A stretch of 48,086 nucleotides of DNA. It comes from Acidimicrobiia bacterium. GTDB lineage: Bacteria; Actinomycetota; Acidimicrobiia; Acidimicrobiales; JAHEJN01. The stretch is taken from positions 1 through 48,086 of the forward strand of contig JAOTZB010000001.1 of the NCBI GenBank assembly GCA_029861625.1, given 5' to 3'. The notes under the pieces are model-generated. The model saw only the letters and a list, made by a program, of their open reading frames with translations, had not been told where the DNA came from and searched no databases. This document shows, in pieces, positions 9,021 through 18,366 of the stretch (within the stretch, counting starts at the first letter, position 1; every line of letters starts with the position of its first letter). Both the position numbers and the translations under genes were made by a program.

Positions 9021-10000
9021 CAATCGCGCTCGTGGGGGAAGTGGCAGGCGACCCAGTGGCCGGGGCTGACCTCGCGGACCTGGGGCTCTTCGACGCGGCA
9101 ATGCTCTGTCGCCTTCGGGCACCGGGTTCGGAAGCGACACCCGCTCGGGGGCTCGATCGCCGACGGAAGCTCTCCCTCGAGGAGGTCGGCCTGGCCGGTC
9201 ACCTGGGCGCCGGGAATCGCCGACATGAGCGCCCTCGTGTAGTGGTGCACGGGGTGGTCGAAGAGCTCGTCGGACTGGGCGATCTCGCACACCTTGCCCA
9301 TGTACATGACCATGACCCGATCGGAGACGTTCTTCACGACCGACAGGTCGTGGCTGATGAAGATCAGGCTGACGCCGTAGCGCTCCTTCATGTCCTCGAG
9401 CAGGTTCAGGATCTGGGCCTGGACCGAGACGTCGAGGGCCGAGACGGGCTCGTCGCAGATGATGACCTTGGGGTCGAGCACCAGCGCTCTCGCGATGCTG
9501 ATGCGCTGGCACTGACCGCCGGAGAACTGATGAGGCTTCCGTTCGCTGTACCGCGGATCGATGCCGACGGCTTCCATCAGCTCTTCGATGCGTTCCTCGG
9601 ACCACACGCCACGACCGCCCCACACGCGCAGTCCCTCCGAGATGATGTCGTGGACGGTGCGGCGCGGGTTCAACGACGAGATCGGGTCCTGGAAGATCAT
9701 CTGGACGTCGGGGCGGATCTTGCGCATCTCCTCGTTGCCGAGCGCGGTGAGATCTCGGCCCTGGTAGGAGACGGTGCCCGACGTGGGTTTCGGCAACTGG
9801 ATCACCGCTCGGGCCGTCGTCGACTTGCCACAGCCCGATTCGCCCACGATTCCCAGTGTCTCGCCCTCGACCAGATCGAAGCTCACGTCGGAGACGGCGT
9901 GGACGGTGCCGCCGGGAATGGAGAACTCGACGACCATGTTCTCGACGCGTATCAAGACGTCGGGATCGTCGCGCAGGTGGGCGGTGCCCGAGCCGGCCAC
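9020..10000 (-). CDS. peptide/nickel ABC transporter ATP-binding protein (DppF/OppF-like)
   Basis: Walker A GESGCGKST, signature FSGGQCQRISIARAL, Walker B VIICDEPVSALD, and a C-terminal oligopeptide-type Cys motif. The GTG at 10000 overlaps the TAG of the upstream gene. Confidence 0.9.
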   Translation of the reverse strand: MAGSGTAHLRDDPDVLIRVENMVVEFSIPGGTVHAVSDVSFDLVEGETLGIVGESGCGKSTTARAVIQLPKPTSGTVSYQGRDLTALGNEEMRKIRPDVQMIFQDPISSLNPRRTVHDIISEGLRVWGGRGVWSEERIEELMEAVGIDPRYSERKPHQFSGGQCQRISIARALVLDPKVIICDEPVSALDVSVQAQILNLLEDMKERYGVSLIFISHDLSVVKNVSDRVMVMYMGKVCEIAQSDELFDHPVHHYTRALMSAIPGAQVTGQADLLEGELPSAIEPPSGCRFRTRCPKATEHCRVEEPQVREVSPGHWVACHFPHERD

Positions 10001-11073
10001 TAGGACACGCCTTCGAGCTCGTCGTCGAGCACCAGACCCGCGGCCGTCTCTCCGGCAGCGAGGTTGGTGGCGAGCGCCTGATCGCCCTTGCTGGTGCCCA
10101 CCGGGTGGTGACAGGCGTGGAGATGATCGAACGGCACCAGCTCGAGCTGGGGTTTGATGTCGATGCAGTCGGCTTGCGCGTATCGACAGCGCGATGCGAA
10201 CGCGCAGCCGATTGGAGGGCTCAACAGGTCGGGAGGTCGCCCGGGGATGGGCTGCAGCCGGGTATGGCTCGGATGGCTGGTGTCGGGGATCGACTGCATG
10301 AGCGCCTCGGTGTACGGATGGCGCATGTTGGTGAAGATCTCCTCTGATGCCGCCTGCTCGAGGAGCCGTCCCGCGTACATGACCCCGATCCTGTCGGCGC
10401 GCCCGCGTGCCACGCCGAGGTCGTGGGTGATCAGGATCAGCGACATGTGCTGCTCGCGCCGTAGGTCGTCGATGAGGTCGAGGATCGTCTTCTGCACCGT
10501 GACGTCGAGCGCGGTGGTCGGCTCGTCGGCAATGAGGAGCTTCGGCTCGCACGCCAGCGCCATGGCGATGACCACCCGCTGGCGCATGCCCCCCGACAGT
10601 TCGTGGGGGTACTGGCGGAGCCGGCGCGCCGCCGACGGGATGTGGACCTGCTCGAGCAGCTCGACCGCGCGGTTGTTCGCGTCGGCCTTGGAGGCGCCGA
10701 GGTGGTACCGGATGGACTCCGTGAGCTGGGCACCGATGCGCTTCACCGGATTCAGCGACGTCATGGGGTCCTGGAACACCATGGCGACCTCGACGCCGAA
10801 GAAGTGCTTCCGCTCCGTCTTGGTGAGCTGGTCGATGTCGCGGCCGCCGATGCGGATGGTGCCGGTGCGAGTGCCGTTACCCGCGAGGATGTTGATGAGC
10901 GCTCGGGCCAGGACCGACTTGCCCGAGCCGGATTCGCCGACGATGCCGATGGCTTCTTGTTTGTCGAGGCTGAAGCTGACACCGTCGACGGCGCGCAGCG
11001 TGCCCCTCGGCGTGGCGAAGTCGACCACGAGGTTCTCGACCTCGAGCATGGGTCCGGCCGGCTCCGGTGTCAT
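10000..11073 (-). CDS. peptide/nickel ABC transporter ATP-binding protein (DppD/OppD-like)
   Basis: MTPEPAGPMLEVENLVVDF..., Walker A GESGSGKSV, signature LSGGMRQRVVIAMAL, Walker B LLIADEPTTALD. ATGA overlap with the permease stop at 11070-11073. Confidence 0.9.
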   Translation of the reverse strand: MTPEPAGPMLEVENLVVDFATPRGTLRAVDGVSFSLDKQEAIGIVGESGSGKSVLARALINILAGNGTRTGTIRIGGRDIDQLTKTERKHFFGVEVAMVFQDPMTSLNPVKRIGAQLTESIRYHLGASKADANNRAVELLEQVHIPSAARRLRQYPHELSGGMRQRVVIAMALACEPKLLIADEPTTALDVTVQKTILDLIDDLRREQHMSLILITHDLGVARGRADRIGVMYAGRLLEQAASEEIFTNMRHPYTEALMQSIPDTSHPSHTRLQPIPGRPPDLLSPPIGCAFASRCRYAQADCIDIKPQLELVPFDHLHACHHPVGTSKGDQALATNLAAGETAAGLVLDDELEGVS

Positions 11074-11951
11074 AGGGCGGACTCCCGGATGTCGTAGCGC
11101 TTGAGCAGCTGATCGCCGATGAAGTTCAGGCTCAGAACCGTCAGGAACAACACGACGGCGGGCAAGAAGACCATGTGCGGAGTCTCCTGGAACGAGATGC
11201 GACCCTCGGCGATGATCGATCCCCAGGTGATGGTGGGAGCCTCGACGCTCAGCCCGAGGAAGGACAGTGAGCTCTCGGCCACCAGGATGATGCCCGTCGT
11301 CAAGAACGCGAACGAGATCATCGTCGGCATCACGTTCGGGAGCACCTCGCGGAAGAGGATCGACAACCGCTTCGCTCCGACGACCTCGGCGGCCTTCACG
11401 TATTCGCGCTCGGCCACCTGCAGGGTGCTGGCCCGCACGATGCGGGCCAGCGCCGGAATGGCGAGAATGCACACGGCGAAGACGACCCAGAACAGCGACT
11501 GGTCGCGAACCGCCACGATGAAGATGACGAGCAGAAGGGCCGGGATCGACAGCGTGACGTTGATGATGAGGCGGACGATCGAGTCGACCCAACCCCGGTA
11601 GAAGCCGGCGAGCAGGCCGAGTGTGCCGCCGACGCCGATGCCCACGGCGGTGCCGATGGCGGCGACCCGCAGGGAGATCCGGCCGCCGACGACGACCCGC
11701 GAGAACACGTCCTGGCCGAAGGTCGCGGTGCCGAACCAGTTGTCCCAGCTCGGGCCCTTCTTGATGGTGTCGGCGTTCCGCTCGTTCGGATCGTCGACGA
11801 TCGGCAGCCACTCCCCGAAGATCGTGATCAGGAGCACCAGCACGAGCCACACAACCGCGAACCAGAAGATGTAGTTGCGGGGCTCCTTCCGGCCGCCGAC
11901 CGGAACGGCCTTGACCGCTTCGGCTTCGGCCATCGCCGCGGCATTGCTCAT
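11070..11951 (-). CDS. peptide ABC transporter permease (DppC/OppC-like)
   Basis: MSNAAAMAEAEA..., multi-TM, BPD-transporter-like segment. ATGA overlap with the upstream permease stop at 11948-11951. Confidence 0.9.
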   Translation of the reverse strand: MSNAAAMAEAEAVKAVPVGGRKEPRNYIFWFAVVWLVLVLLITIFGEWLPIVDDPNERNADTIKKGPSWDNWFGTATFGQDVFSRVVVGGRISLRVAAIGTAVGIGVGGTLGLLAGFYRGWVDSIVRLIINVTLSIPALLLVIFIVAVRDQSLFWVVFAVCILAIPALARIVRASTLQVAEREYVKAAEVVGAKRLSILFREVLPNVMPTMISFAFLTTGIILVAESSLSFLGLSVEAPTITWGSIIAEGRISFQETPHMVFLPAVVLFLTVLSLNFIGDQLLKRYDIRESAL

Positions 11952-13117
11952 TTCTCGTCCTCCGCACGTACTCGGGGGTCGACGGTGGTGTAGACCACGT
12001 CGATGACGGTGTTCGTCACGACGAACAGCACCGCGACCAGCGCCACGAGGGTCTGGACCGCGAAGAACTCGCGGCGGGCGACGGCCTCGATGAGGTAGCT
12101 GCCGACGCCGTCGAAGTCGAAGATGAACTCGACCACGATCGCACCGTTGACCAGCTGCGCGATGTTCAGCCCGGCGACGGTGAGGAGGGTCAGCGTCGAC
12201 GGGCGGAGGACGTGGCGGAGCAGGATGTGCCGGTTCGACATGCCCTTGGCCTTCGCGACCGCGACGAAGTCCTGTTGCAGGTTCTGGACCATGTCGGCCC
12301 GCAGGAGCCGCAGGTACACCGGTGAGACAGCCAGGCCGAGCACCAGCGCCGGAAGCCAGATCGAGCTGATGTGCGCGCCGACGCCCTCGTTCCACGGCGA
12401 GTACCCGACGAGGTCGTACCAGTCGTTCTTGATCGCGAAGAAGTACCTGAGCGTCTCGCCGAGCACGAAAACCGGGATCGACAGCAGCACGAACGCGCCC
12501 GTATTGACGGTGGAGTCGCCGCTCGGTCCGCCTCGTATGCCGTTGAAGACGAAGATCGGCACGAGTACCGACACGGTCAGGATTCCCGCGATGCCCCATC
12601 CGCCGACCACGGCGACCCCGAGCAGGGCCGCGATCGCGACAGGCAGTATCCACCGCGGAACGCCTCGGGGCGCGCGACCGCTCTGGTATGCCGCCCAGAT
12701 CCCCAGTGGTACGGCGACGGTCAACGCGATCAACTGGCTGTAGAGGAACAGCCATGCCGTGCGGGGCGCACGGTCCTCGAGGACATCGGACAGGGGCTCG
12801 CGATTCTTGTAGAACGCGAACCCGAGGTCGCCCGTGACCACATCGCCGACCCAGCCCGTGTACTGCTCGACCACCGAATCGTCGAGTCCCCGCTCGCTGG
12901 TGCACTCGGCGACTGCCTCATCGCTCGCGCCGGTGCCCAGCGCGGTGATGCAGGGATCGCCCGGCACCTGGCGCAGCATCAAGGTCGTGCCGAACGTGAC
13001 GATCACCAGGATCAACACCGCGCCGCCCAGGCGCTTCACCGCGAAGCGCGCGCCGGCAACCCGGACGACCCAGGCTGCCAGCAGCGCGAACAGCACGAGA
13101 ATGATGACGAGGACCAT
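11948..13117 (-). CDS. peptide ABC transporter permease (DppB/OppB-like)
   Basis: N-terminal FAVKRLGGAVLILVIVTFGTTLMLRQVPGDPC is typical of DppB-type permeases. Multi-TM. Confidence 0.9.
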   Translation of the reverse strand: MVLVIILVLFALLAAWVVRVAGARFAVKRLGGAVLILVIVTFGTTLMLRQVPGDPCITALGTGASDEAVAECTSERGLDDSVVEQYTGWVGDVVTGDLGFAFYKNREPLSDVLEDRAPRTAWLFLYSQLIALTVAVPLGIWAAYQSGRAPRGVPRWILPVAIAALLGVAVVGGWGIAGILTVSVLVPIFVFNGIRGGPSGDSTVNTGAFVLLSIPVFVLGETLRYFFAIKNDWYDLVGYSPWNEGVGAHISSIWLPALVLGLAVSPVYLRLLRADMVQNLQQDFVAVAKAKGMSNRHILLRHVLRPSTLTLLTVAGLNIAQLVNGAIVVEFIFDFDGVGSYLIEAVARREFFAVQTLVALVAVLFVVTNTVIDVVYTTVDPRVRAEDEK

Positions 13118-13179
13118 GAGGTCAGCCGGCTTTCGTCACTCGGATGTCGTCCCCCCGGTTGATCGTCTCTCCGCGCGGA

Positions 13180-14934
13180 TCAGCCTTCTATCCATGCCTC
13201 CTCGACCCAGGTCCGGCCGGCGAGACCGGTCTGGGCGAAGTTCCCGCTCGGCAGGGTCAACACGCCCACGCCGTGGACGTTGCCCTGATACGGGTTTGCC
13301 CACTCGGTGAAGTTCAGCCACAGGTTGTTGACGTTCTCGGCGAAGAGGCGGTTGATGTCCTGACCGAGCGCGTCGAGCTCGGCCGCGTCGTCCGTCGTCC
13401 ACGTGGCATCGAGCAGTGTGTCCAGGTCGGGCTCGATGATCCGGCCGAAGTTCAGGGCCAGGCCCTCGGCATGGCGGCTGTGCCACCAGATCTCCTCGAG
13501 CCCCGGGTTGCCCTGGCCGTGGTTGCGCCACAAGAAGACCTCGAACTGGCCGGTGATGGCCTTGGTTATCAGCTCCGACTGGTCGAACTGGTCGATCTGC
13601 ACGTTGAGCCCACAGTTCGTGGTCCACATGTCGACGAACAGCTCGGCAGTCAACAGGTTCGACGGCACGTTGGTGGTGCCGTAGGTGATCAGCTCGGGTC
13701 GACCGATCTCGTCGAGCAACGCGTTGCCGGCCTCGGGATCGAATTCGGGGAAGCCGGTGTCCTCGAGGAATCCGAGGGCGCCCTCGGCGAAGGGGCCATT
13801 GGCCTTCTGATTGGCGGGCGCCCGGAACTCGAGGTACTCGTCGCGATCGGTACAGAGAGCCACGGCACGACGCAGATCGGGATCGTCGAAGGGTGGCGCG
13901 CCGTTGTTGATCAGCAGGTACGTGGTCTCACGCGGTGGAGCTGGCACCAGGAGGTTGCCGCCGTTGTCGAGCCACTCGCCGTTCCAGAACGCCTTGTTCT
14001 CACCGAAGCTGTCCATGTTGACGTCGGCGTCGCCCGCCTCCATCGTCGCGCGGCGGGTCGAGACGTCAGGCACGGGCCGGAAGACGACACTGTCGAGGTA
14101 CGGGAGCTGGGTGCCGTTGGCGTCGGTGCGCCAGTAGTCGGGATTGCGCTCGAGAACCGTCTGTTCGCCGCGCGTCCACTCGGCCATCCGGAAGGCGCCG
14201 GTCCCGATCATGAGTGCGCCGGCACGGTCGGGGTCGTCCCAGAACGCCGGGGCAATCAGCCAGCCGGTGCGCTCGGCCACGACGCGCGGAAAGGTGGAGT
14301 AGGGCTTCGCGAACTCGACCGTGACGGTCATCGGGTCGACCAGCACGACGCTGTCCGGTCCCTCGACCAGATCGACCAGCACCTGACCCTGGAGGAGGCC
14401 ACTGGCCATCTCCTGGAGGCTGCGCTGCAGGGCCGCGCCGTCGGCCGGCGTGCCGTCGTGGAACAGGATGCCGTCCCGCATCGTCATCGTGAACATGGTG
14501 AAATCGGCGTTCGACTCGATCGACTCGAGGACGAAGGGTTCGACCTCACCGTCGCTGTTGATGATCGTCAGCGGGTCGGCCACCGCTCGCATGATGGTTA
14601 TGCACGACACGGCGCAGTTCGCACCGGGGATGTCCCAGGTGTCGGTCTCGGCCTCGACCAGGTAGGTGAGGGTGCCACCCATCACGGGGTCCACGCTGGC
14701 CATGTCGGCGTCTTCGTCGGCGGCGTCGGTGTCGGCCTCGGCATCGGCCTCGACATCGGCGTCGGCCTCGGCGTCGGCCTCGTCGACGGCGACCTGCTCG
14801 TCGGCCTCGCTGGTGGCCTCGCCGTCACCGCCGTCGTCGCTGCTGCCACAGGCGGCAGCGACGAACGTCACTGCCATGAGTACCGCCAGGAGTCGCATCC
14901 ATGTGGACGCGTGACGACCGCGATCTTGTTGCAT
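13180..14934 (-). CDS. ABC transporter substrate-binding lipoprotein, family 5 (peptide/nickel)
   Basis: Signal and lipobox MRLLAVLMAVTFVAAACGSS, followed by an acidic (D/E-A)n linker, then an SBP_bac_5-like body. ATG at 14934 is preceded by GAGGGGGA. The TTG at 14958 in the track is unlikely to be the start. Confidence 0.9.
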   Translation of the reverse strand: MQQDRGRHASTWMRLLAVLMAVTFVAAACGSSDDGGDGEATSEADEQVAVDEADAEADADVEADAEADTDAADEDADMASVDPVMGGTLTYLVEAETDTWDIPGANCAVSCITIMRAVADPLTIINSDGEVEPFVLESIESNADFTMFTMTMRDGILFHDGTPADGAALQRSLQEMASGLLQGQVLVDLVEGPDSVVLVDPMTVTVEFAKPYSTFPRVVAERTGWLIAPAFWDDPDRAGALMIGTGAFRMAEWTRGEQTVLERNPDYWRTDANGTQLPYLDSVVFRPVPDVSTRRATMEAGDADVNMDSFGENKAFWNGEWLDNGGNLLVPAPPRETTYLLINNGAPPFDDPDLRRAVALCTDRDEYLEFRAPANQKANGPFAEGALGFLEDTGFPEFDPEAGNALLDEIGRPELITYGTTNVPSNLLTAELFVDMWTTNCGLNVQIDQFDQSELITKAITGQFEVFLWRNHGQGNPGLEEIWWHSRHAEGLALNFGRIIEPDLDTLLDATWTTDDAAELDALGQDINRLFAENVNNLWLNFTEWANPYQGNVHGVGVLTLPSGNFAQTGLAGRTWVEEAWIEG

Positions 14935-14957
14935 CGATGAAATCCCCCTCAGGATCA

Positions 14958-14977
14958 AGTGTGACGCACGTTACACT
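14958..14977. promoter_or_regulatory. imperfect inverted repeat in the divergent SBP/thiN intergenic region
   Basis: AGTGTGACG-ca-CGTTACACT has 9-bp arms with one G/T mismatch. It lies 24-43 nt upstream of the SBP start. Confidence 0.3.
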
Positions 14978-15037
14978 GCAGCTCGGCGTCGCACACCTCG
15001 GGGGCCGTTCTTCGCGAGGGCGAACTAGCCTCGCTCG

Positions 15038-15694
15038 ATGGCAACGGTCGCGGTGTTCACCGGGGGGGCAGCGGTGCGCTCGGAGGAGGCCGCACTGGCC
15101 CGGGAGGCCGATGTCGTCATTGCTGCCGACCGGGGGTACAAGCTCGCGGTCGCCGCCGGTTGCGTGGTCGATCTGTTGGTGGGCGATCTCGACTCCCTGT
15201 CGGCCCCGACGGTCGAGCGGGCCGCCGAGGCCGGCGTCCCGATCGAACGGCACCCGATCGACAAGGATCAGACCGACCTCGAGCTTGCGCTCACGTATGC
15301 ATGTGCGGTCCCCGGCGTGAACCGCATCGTCGTCTTCGGCGCGGCAGGCGGCCGATTCGACCACATGCTCGCGAACATCGCCGTCCTCACGGCATCCGCG
15401 CCGGCGGGTGTCCAGGTCGAGGCGTGGGTCGATGGCACCCACATCTTCGTCGTTCGAGATCGCGTCGTGTTCGAGGGTGACCGGGGTGACACCCTCACGC
15501 TGTTGGCGTACGGGGGTCCGGCCCGCGGGGTCACGACGAGCGGGCTGCGCTGGCCGCTCGTCGATGCGACGCTGGATCCGTCGAGCGGTCTCGGCGTGAG
15601 CAATGAGCTGGTCGATTCGAGAGTCGAGGTCACGGTGGCGTCCGGCGTGTTGTTGGTGATGCACCTGCCGCAAGCGTCATCGAACGCGGGCTGA
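15038..15694 (+). CDS. thiN: thiamine pyrophosphokinase
   Basis: IAADRGY...LLVGDLDS...HPIDKDQTDLELAL...VFGAAGGRFDH are hallmarks of the TPK catalytic domain. Confidence 0.8.
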   Translation: MATVAVFTGGAAVRSEEAALAREADVVIAADRGYKLAVAAGCVVDLLVGDLDSLSAPTVERAAEAGVPIERHPIDKDQTDLELALTYACAVPGVNRIVVFGAAGGRFDHMLANIAVLTASAPAGVQVEAWVDGTHIFVVRDRVVFEGDRGDTLTLLAYGGPARGVTTSGLRWPLVDATLDPSSGLGVSNELVDSRVEVTVASGVLLVMHLPQASSNAG

Positions 15695-16465
15695 CCATCG
15701 GCCACGGGTGCGGTCGAGCTCGATGTCGAGTCCGAAACAGGCCGCCAGCGATTCCTCGGTCAGCGTGTCGCCGATCGGCCCGGCGGCCACGGCCCGGCCG
15801 TCGCTGAGCAACAGCACGTGGGAGAACGCAGGGGGGATCTCCTCGACATGGTGGGTGACGAGGACGGTCGGCGGCTGGGCCGGGTCGCGCGCGAGTCGGT
15901 CGAGCACGACGACGAGCTCCTCCCGTCCGCCGAGATCTAGTGCCGCCGTCGGCTCGTCGAGCAGGACGAGGTCGGGATCGGTCATCAGCGACCGGGCCAA
16001 CAGGATGCGCTGGCGCTCGCCGGAGGAGGCCAGGCCGAATGCCTGCTCGGCCAGATGTCCGCAGCCGAGCTGATCCAGTAGCGCACGCGCTCGGCCACTG
16101 TCCTCGTCGGTGTAGCTGTGCCACCAGGGTTCGAGGGCGCCGTGCTTCGCGGTCATGACGACGTCGGTCGCGACGAGCTGGGGACGCAGCTGGTCGGCGA
16201 GGGAGGCGCTGGCCAGGCCGATCCGGGATCGCAGCAGTCGGATGTCGGTGCGCCCGAGGGTCTCCCCGAGGACCTCCACCGTTCCGGCGGTCGGATGGAG
16301 CCGCAGTCCGGCGATTCGCAACAGCGTGGACTTCCCCGAACCGTTCGGGCCCAGAACCACCCAGTGTTGGCCCGGATCGATCCGCCAGTCGACAGCATCG
16401 AGGATGACCCGGATGCCGCGCTTCACCGAGATGTCCCTCAGGACGATCGTGGGTCCCGGGCTCAT
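15677..16465 (-). CDS. stand-alone ABC ATP-binding protein (no TMD)
   Basis: Walker A GPNGSGKST, signature SSGERQRILLARSL, Walker B LVLLDEPTAALD. ATGA overlap with the upstream exporter stop at 16462-16465. The 3' end overlaps thiN convergently by 18 bp. Confidence 0.85.
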   Translation of the reverse strand: MSPGPTIVLRDISVKRGIRVILDAVDWRIDPGQHWVVLGPNGSGKSTLLRIAGLRLHPTAGTVEVLGETLGRTDIRLLRSRIGLASASLADQLRPQLVATDVVMTAKHGALEPWWHSYTDEDSGRARALLDQLGCGHLAEQAFGLASSGERQRILLARSLMTDPDLVLLDEPTAALDLGGREELVVVLDRLARDPAQPPTVLVTHHVEEIPPAFSHVLLLSDGRAVAAGPIGDTLTEESLAACFGLDIELDRTRGRWSARVR

Positions 16466-18366
16466 GTTCCCCGTTCCCACGTCTGGTACATCTCGGCATA
16501 CCGGCCACCGGCGGCGACCAGCTCGTCGTGGCTACCCACCTCCTGCACGCCCCCGTCCTCGATGACGACGATGCGATCGGCTCGCTTTGCCGTTGCCAGT
16601 CGGTGGGCGATGAGGATCGCGGTTCGGCCGTCGAGAAGCGTGTCGAGCGCGCGTTCGATCTGTGACTCCGACTTGAGGTCGAGGTTCGACGTCGCCTCGT
16701 CGAGGACGAGGACCCGGGGACGGGCGAGGAATGCCCTGGCCAGGGCCAGGAGCTGTCGTTCACCCGACGACAGCGAGGTGCCGCGCTCGTGGACGGGTGA
16801 GTCGATGCCGTGAGGGAGGCCGGCCAGCAGATCGGCCATACCCACCGCTTCGGCGGCCTCGACGAGCTCGGCGTCTTCGGCGTCGGGTCGGGCCACCCGA
16901 AGGTTGTCGGCCACGGTGCCGTTGAACAGGAACGGCTCCTGGGGGACCACACCGAGCTGGCGTCGCAGTGACATCTGGGTGACGGTCGTGAGGGGGTGGC
17001 CGTCGATGCTCACGGTGCCGGCATCGGGGTCGTAGAACCGGCTGACCAGCTTCGCGACGGTCGACTTCCCTGCGCCCGTCGGTCCGACGATGGCAATGGT
17101 CTCGCCGGCGTCGATCGACAAGTCGACGCCCCGCAGCACGGGATTCTCGGGGTCGTAGCCGAAGTGCACCCCGGTGAGCTCGATGGCGCCGTCGACGGGT
17201 GGAAGATCGCCGGCGTCGAGCCGGTCGATGACCGACGGCCGCGTCGCGAGCAGGTCGCGCAGCTTCGACATGGCCGCTTGGCCCTGCTGGTAGGAGTTGT
17301 ACAACTGCACGAGTGCCGCGATCGGCGCGAAGAAGGCCGTGAGGTAGAGCGCGAACGCCGTGAGATCGCCGATGCTGAGACGGCCGTCGAGCACCATCCG
17401 GCCGCCGATCAACAGGACGACCGCCTGGCCGACGATGCCGACCCCCTCGGCCGCCGGTCCGAAGATGGCTGCGGCACGAGCGGTCTCGACGTTGGCGTCT
17501 CGGTAGTCGTCGACGATCTGACGGTGCCGGGCGACGTTGACGTCCCGCCGGTTGAACGCACTGATGACCCGGATCCCGGCCAAGCTCTCCTGGAGGTCGG
17601 AGAGCAGGTCGGCGATGCGGTCGCGGACCCGCAGGTACCCGATCTCGCTGGCGCGCTTGAACCAGATGGCGAGTGCCATCGTGGCCGGCACGACCACGAA
17701 CAGCGCGATCACTGCGAGCAGCGGATCGAGGATCAACAACACGGTGGCGATCACGACGAGCGTGAGCCCCTGCACCGCCATGTTGACGAGTCCCTCCTGG
17801 AACAACATGGTCAGCGCCTCGATGTCGCTGGTCATGCGGGTCATCAAGACGCCGGCCTTCTCATCGGTGTAGAAGTCGAGGGACTGCCGTTCCATGTGGC
17901 TGAAGACGCGAACGCGGAGCCGTTCCATGAGGGTCTCGCCGAGCCGGCCCGTGAACGAGATGCGCCACCAGCTGGCGCCGGCGTGGACCACGATGGTGGC
18001 GACGAAGACGAGGGCGACGACGACGAGGACGCTGCGATCTCCGGCAATGACGCCGCGATCGATCCCGATCTTGGTGAGCAGCGGGCCGGCCTGGAGCGCC
18101 AGGGTCTCGACGATCACGAGCGCGACCGCGAGCACGAGCTGGGGTCGATACGGCCGGAGGAACGACCGCAGCGTCAACAGCTCGGCCTCGTCGGCGGTGT
18201 AGTCGAACTCGATCACCGGCTCGGGGTGTTCGGGTTCGCGCTCGATGATCGCCGTCATCTGTTCGACCAGATGTCCGGGTACTCCAGCGTGCGGAAGGCC
18301 CGCAGCAGTGCTCGACTGCGACGCCGACGGACCGCCGAAGCCTCCCATTGGTCCTCCGAAACCCAT
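16462..18366 (-). CDS. ABC exporter, fused TMD-NBD half transporter (MsbA/MdlB-like)
   Basis: Six-TM ABC_membrane region followed by Walker A GPTGAGKST, LSSGERQLLALARAF and VLVLDEATSNLD. The ATG at 18366 overlaps the TGA of the upstream partner gene. Confidence 0.9.
   Translation of the reverse strand: MGFGGPMGGFGGPSASQSSTAAGLPHAGVPGHLVEQMTAIIEREPEHPEPVIEFDYTADEAELLTLRSFLRPYRPQLVLAVALVIVETLALQAGPLLTKIGIDRGVIAGDRSVLVVVALVFVATIVVHAGASWWRISFTGRLGETLMERLRVRVFSHMERQSLDFYTDEKAGVLMTRMTSDIEALTMLFQEGLVNMAVQGLTLVVIATVLLILDPLLAVIALFVVVPATMALAIWFKRASEIGYLRVRDRIADLLSDLQESLAGIRVISAFNRRDVNVARHRQIVDDYRDANVETARAAAIFGPAAEGVGIVGQAVVLLIGGRMVLDGRLSIGDLTAFALYLTAFFAPIAALVQLYNSYQQGQAAMSKLRDLLATRPSVIDRLDAGDLPPVDGAIELTGVHFGYDPENPVLRGVDLSIDAGETIAIVGPTGAGKSTVAKLVSRFYDPDAGTVSIDGHPLTTVTQMSLRRQLGVVPQEPFLFNGTVADNLRVARPDAEDAELVEAAEAVGMADLLAGLPHGIDSPVHERGTSLSSGERQLLALARAFLARPRVLVLDEATSNLDLKSESQIERALDTLLDGRTAILIAHRLATAKRADRIVVIEDGGVQEVGSHDELVAAGGRYAEMYQTWERGT

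Noticed and set aside
14709-14790. Short-period repeats (gtcggcctcggc...) that superficially resemble an array
   Set aside because: In-frame low-complexity coding sequence, the (D/E-A)n acidic linker of the SBP lipoprotein. There are no spacers, so it is not CRISPR-like.
13144-14940. 598-aa plus-strand ORF opposite the substrate-binding protein
   Set aside because: An antisense shadow of a well-supported SBP gene, with low-complexity V/G/D/H/E composition. The same reasoning rejects 20254..21387(-), 22423..24285(-), 35125..36567(+), 39491..41476(-), 42544..44184(-), 44836..46518(-), 17861..18931(-) and 16996..18429(+).
14935-15037. Possible TPP riboswitch upstream of thiN
   Set aside because: The region is only about 100 nt. 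It lacks the conserved CUGAGA/ACCUGA-type TPP elements on the thiN strand. thiN is also not a typical riboswitch target.
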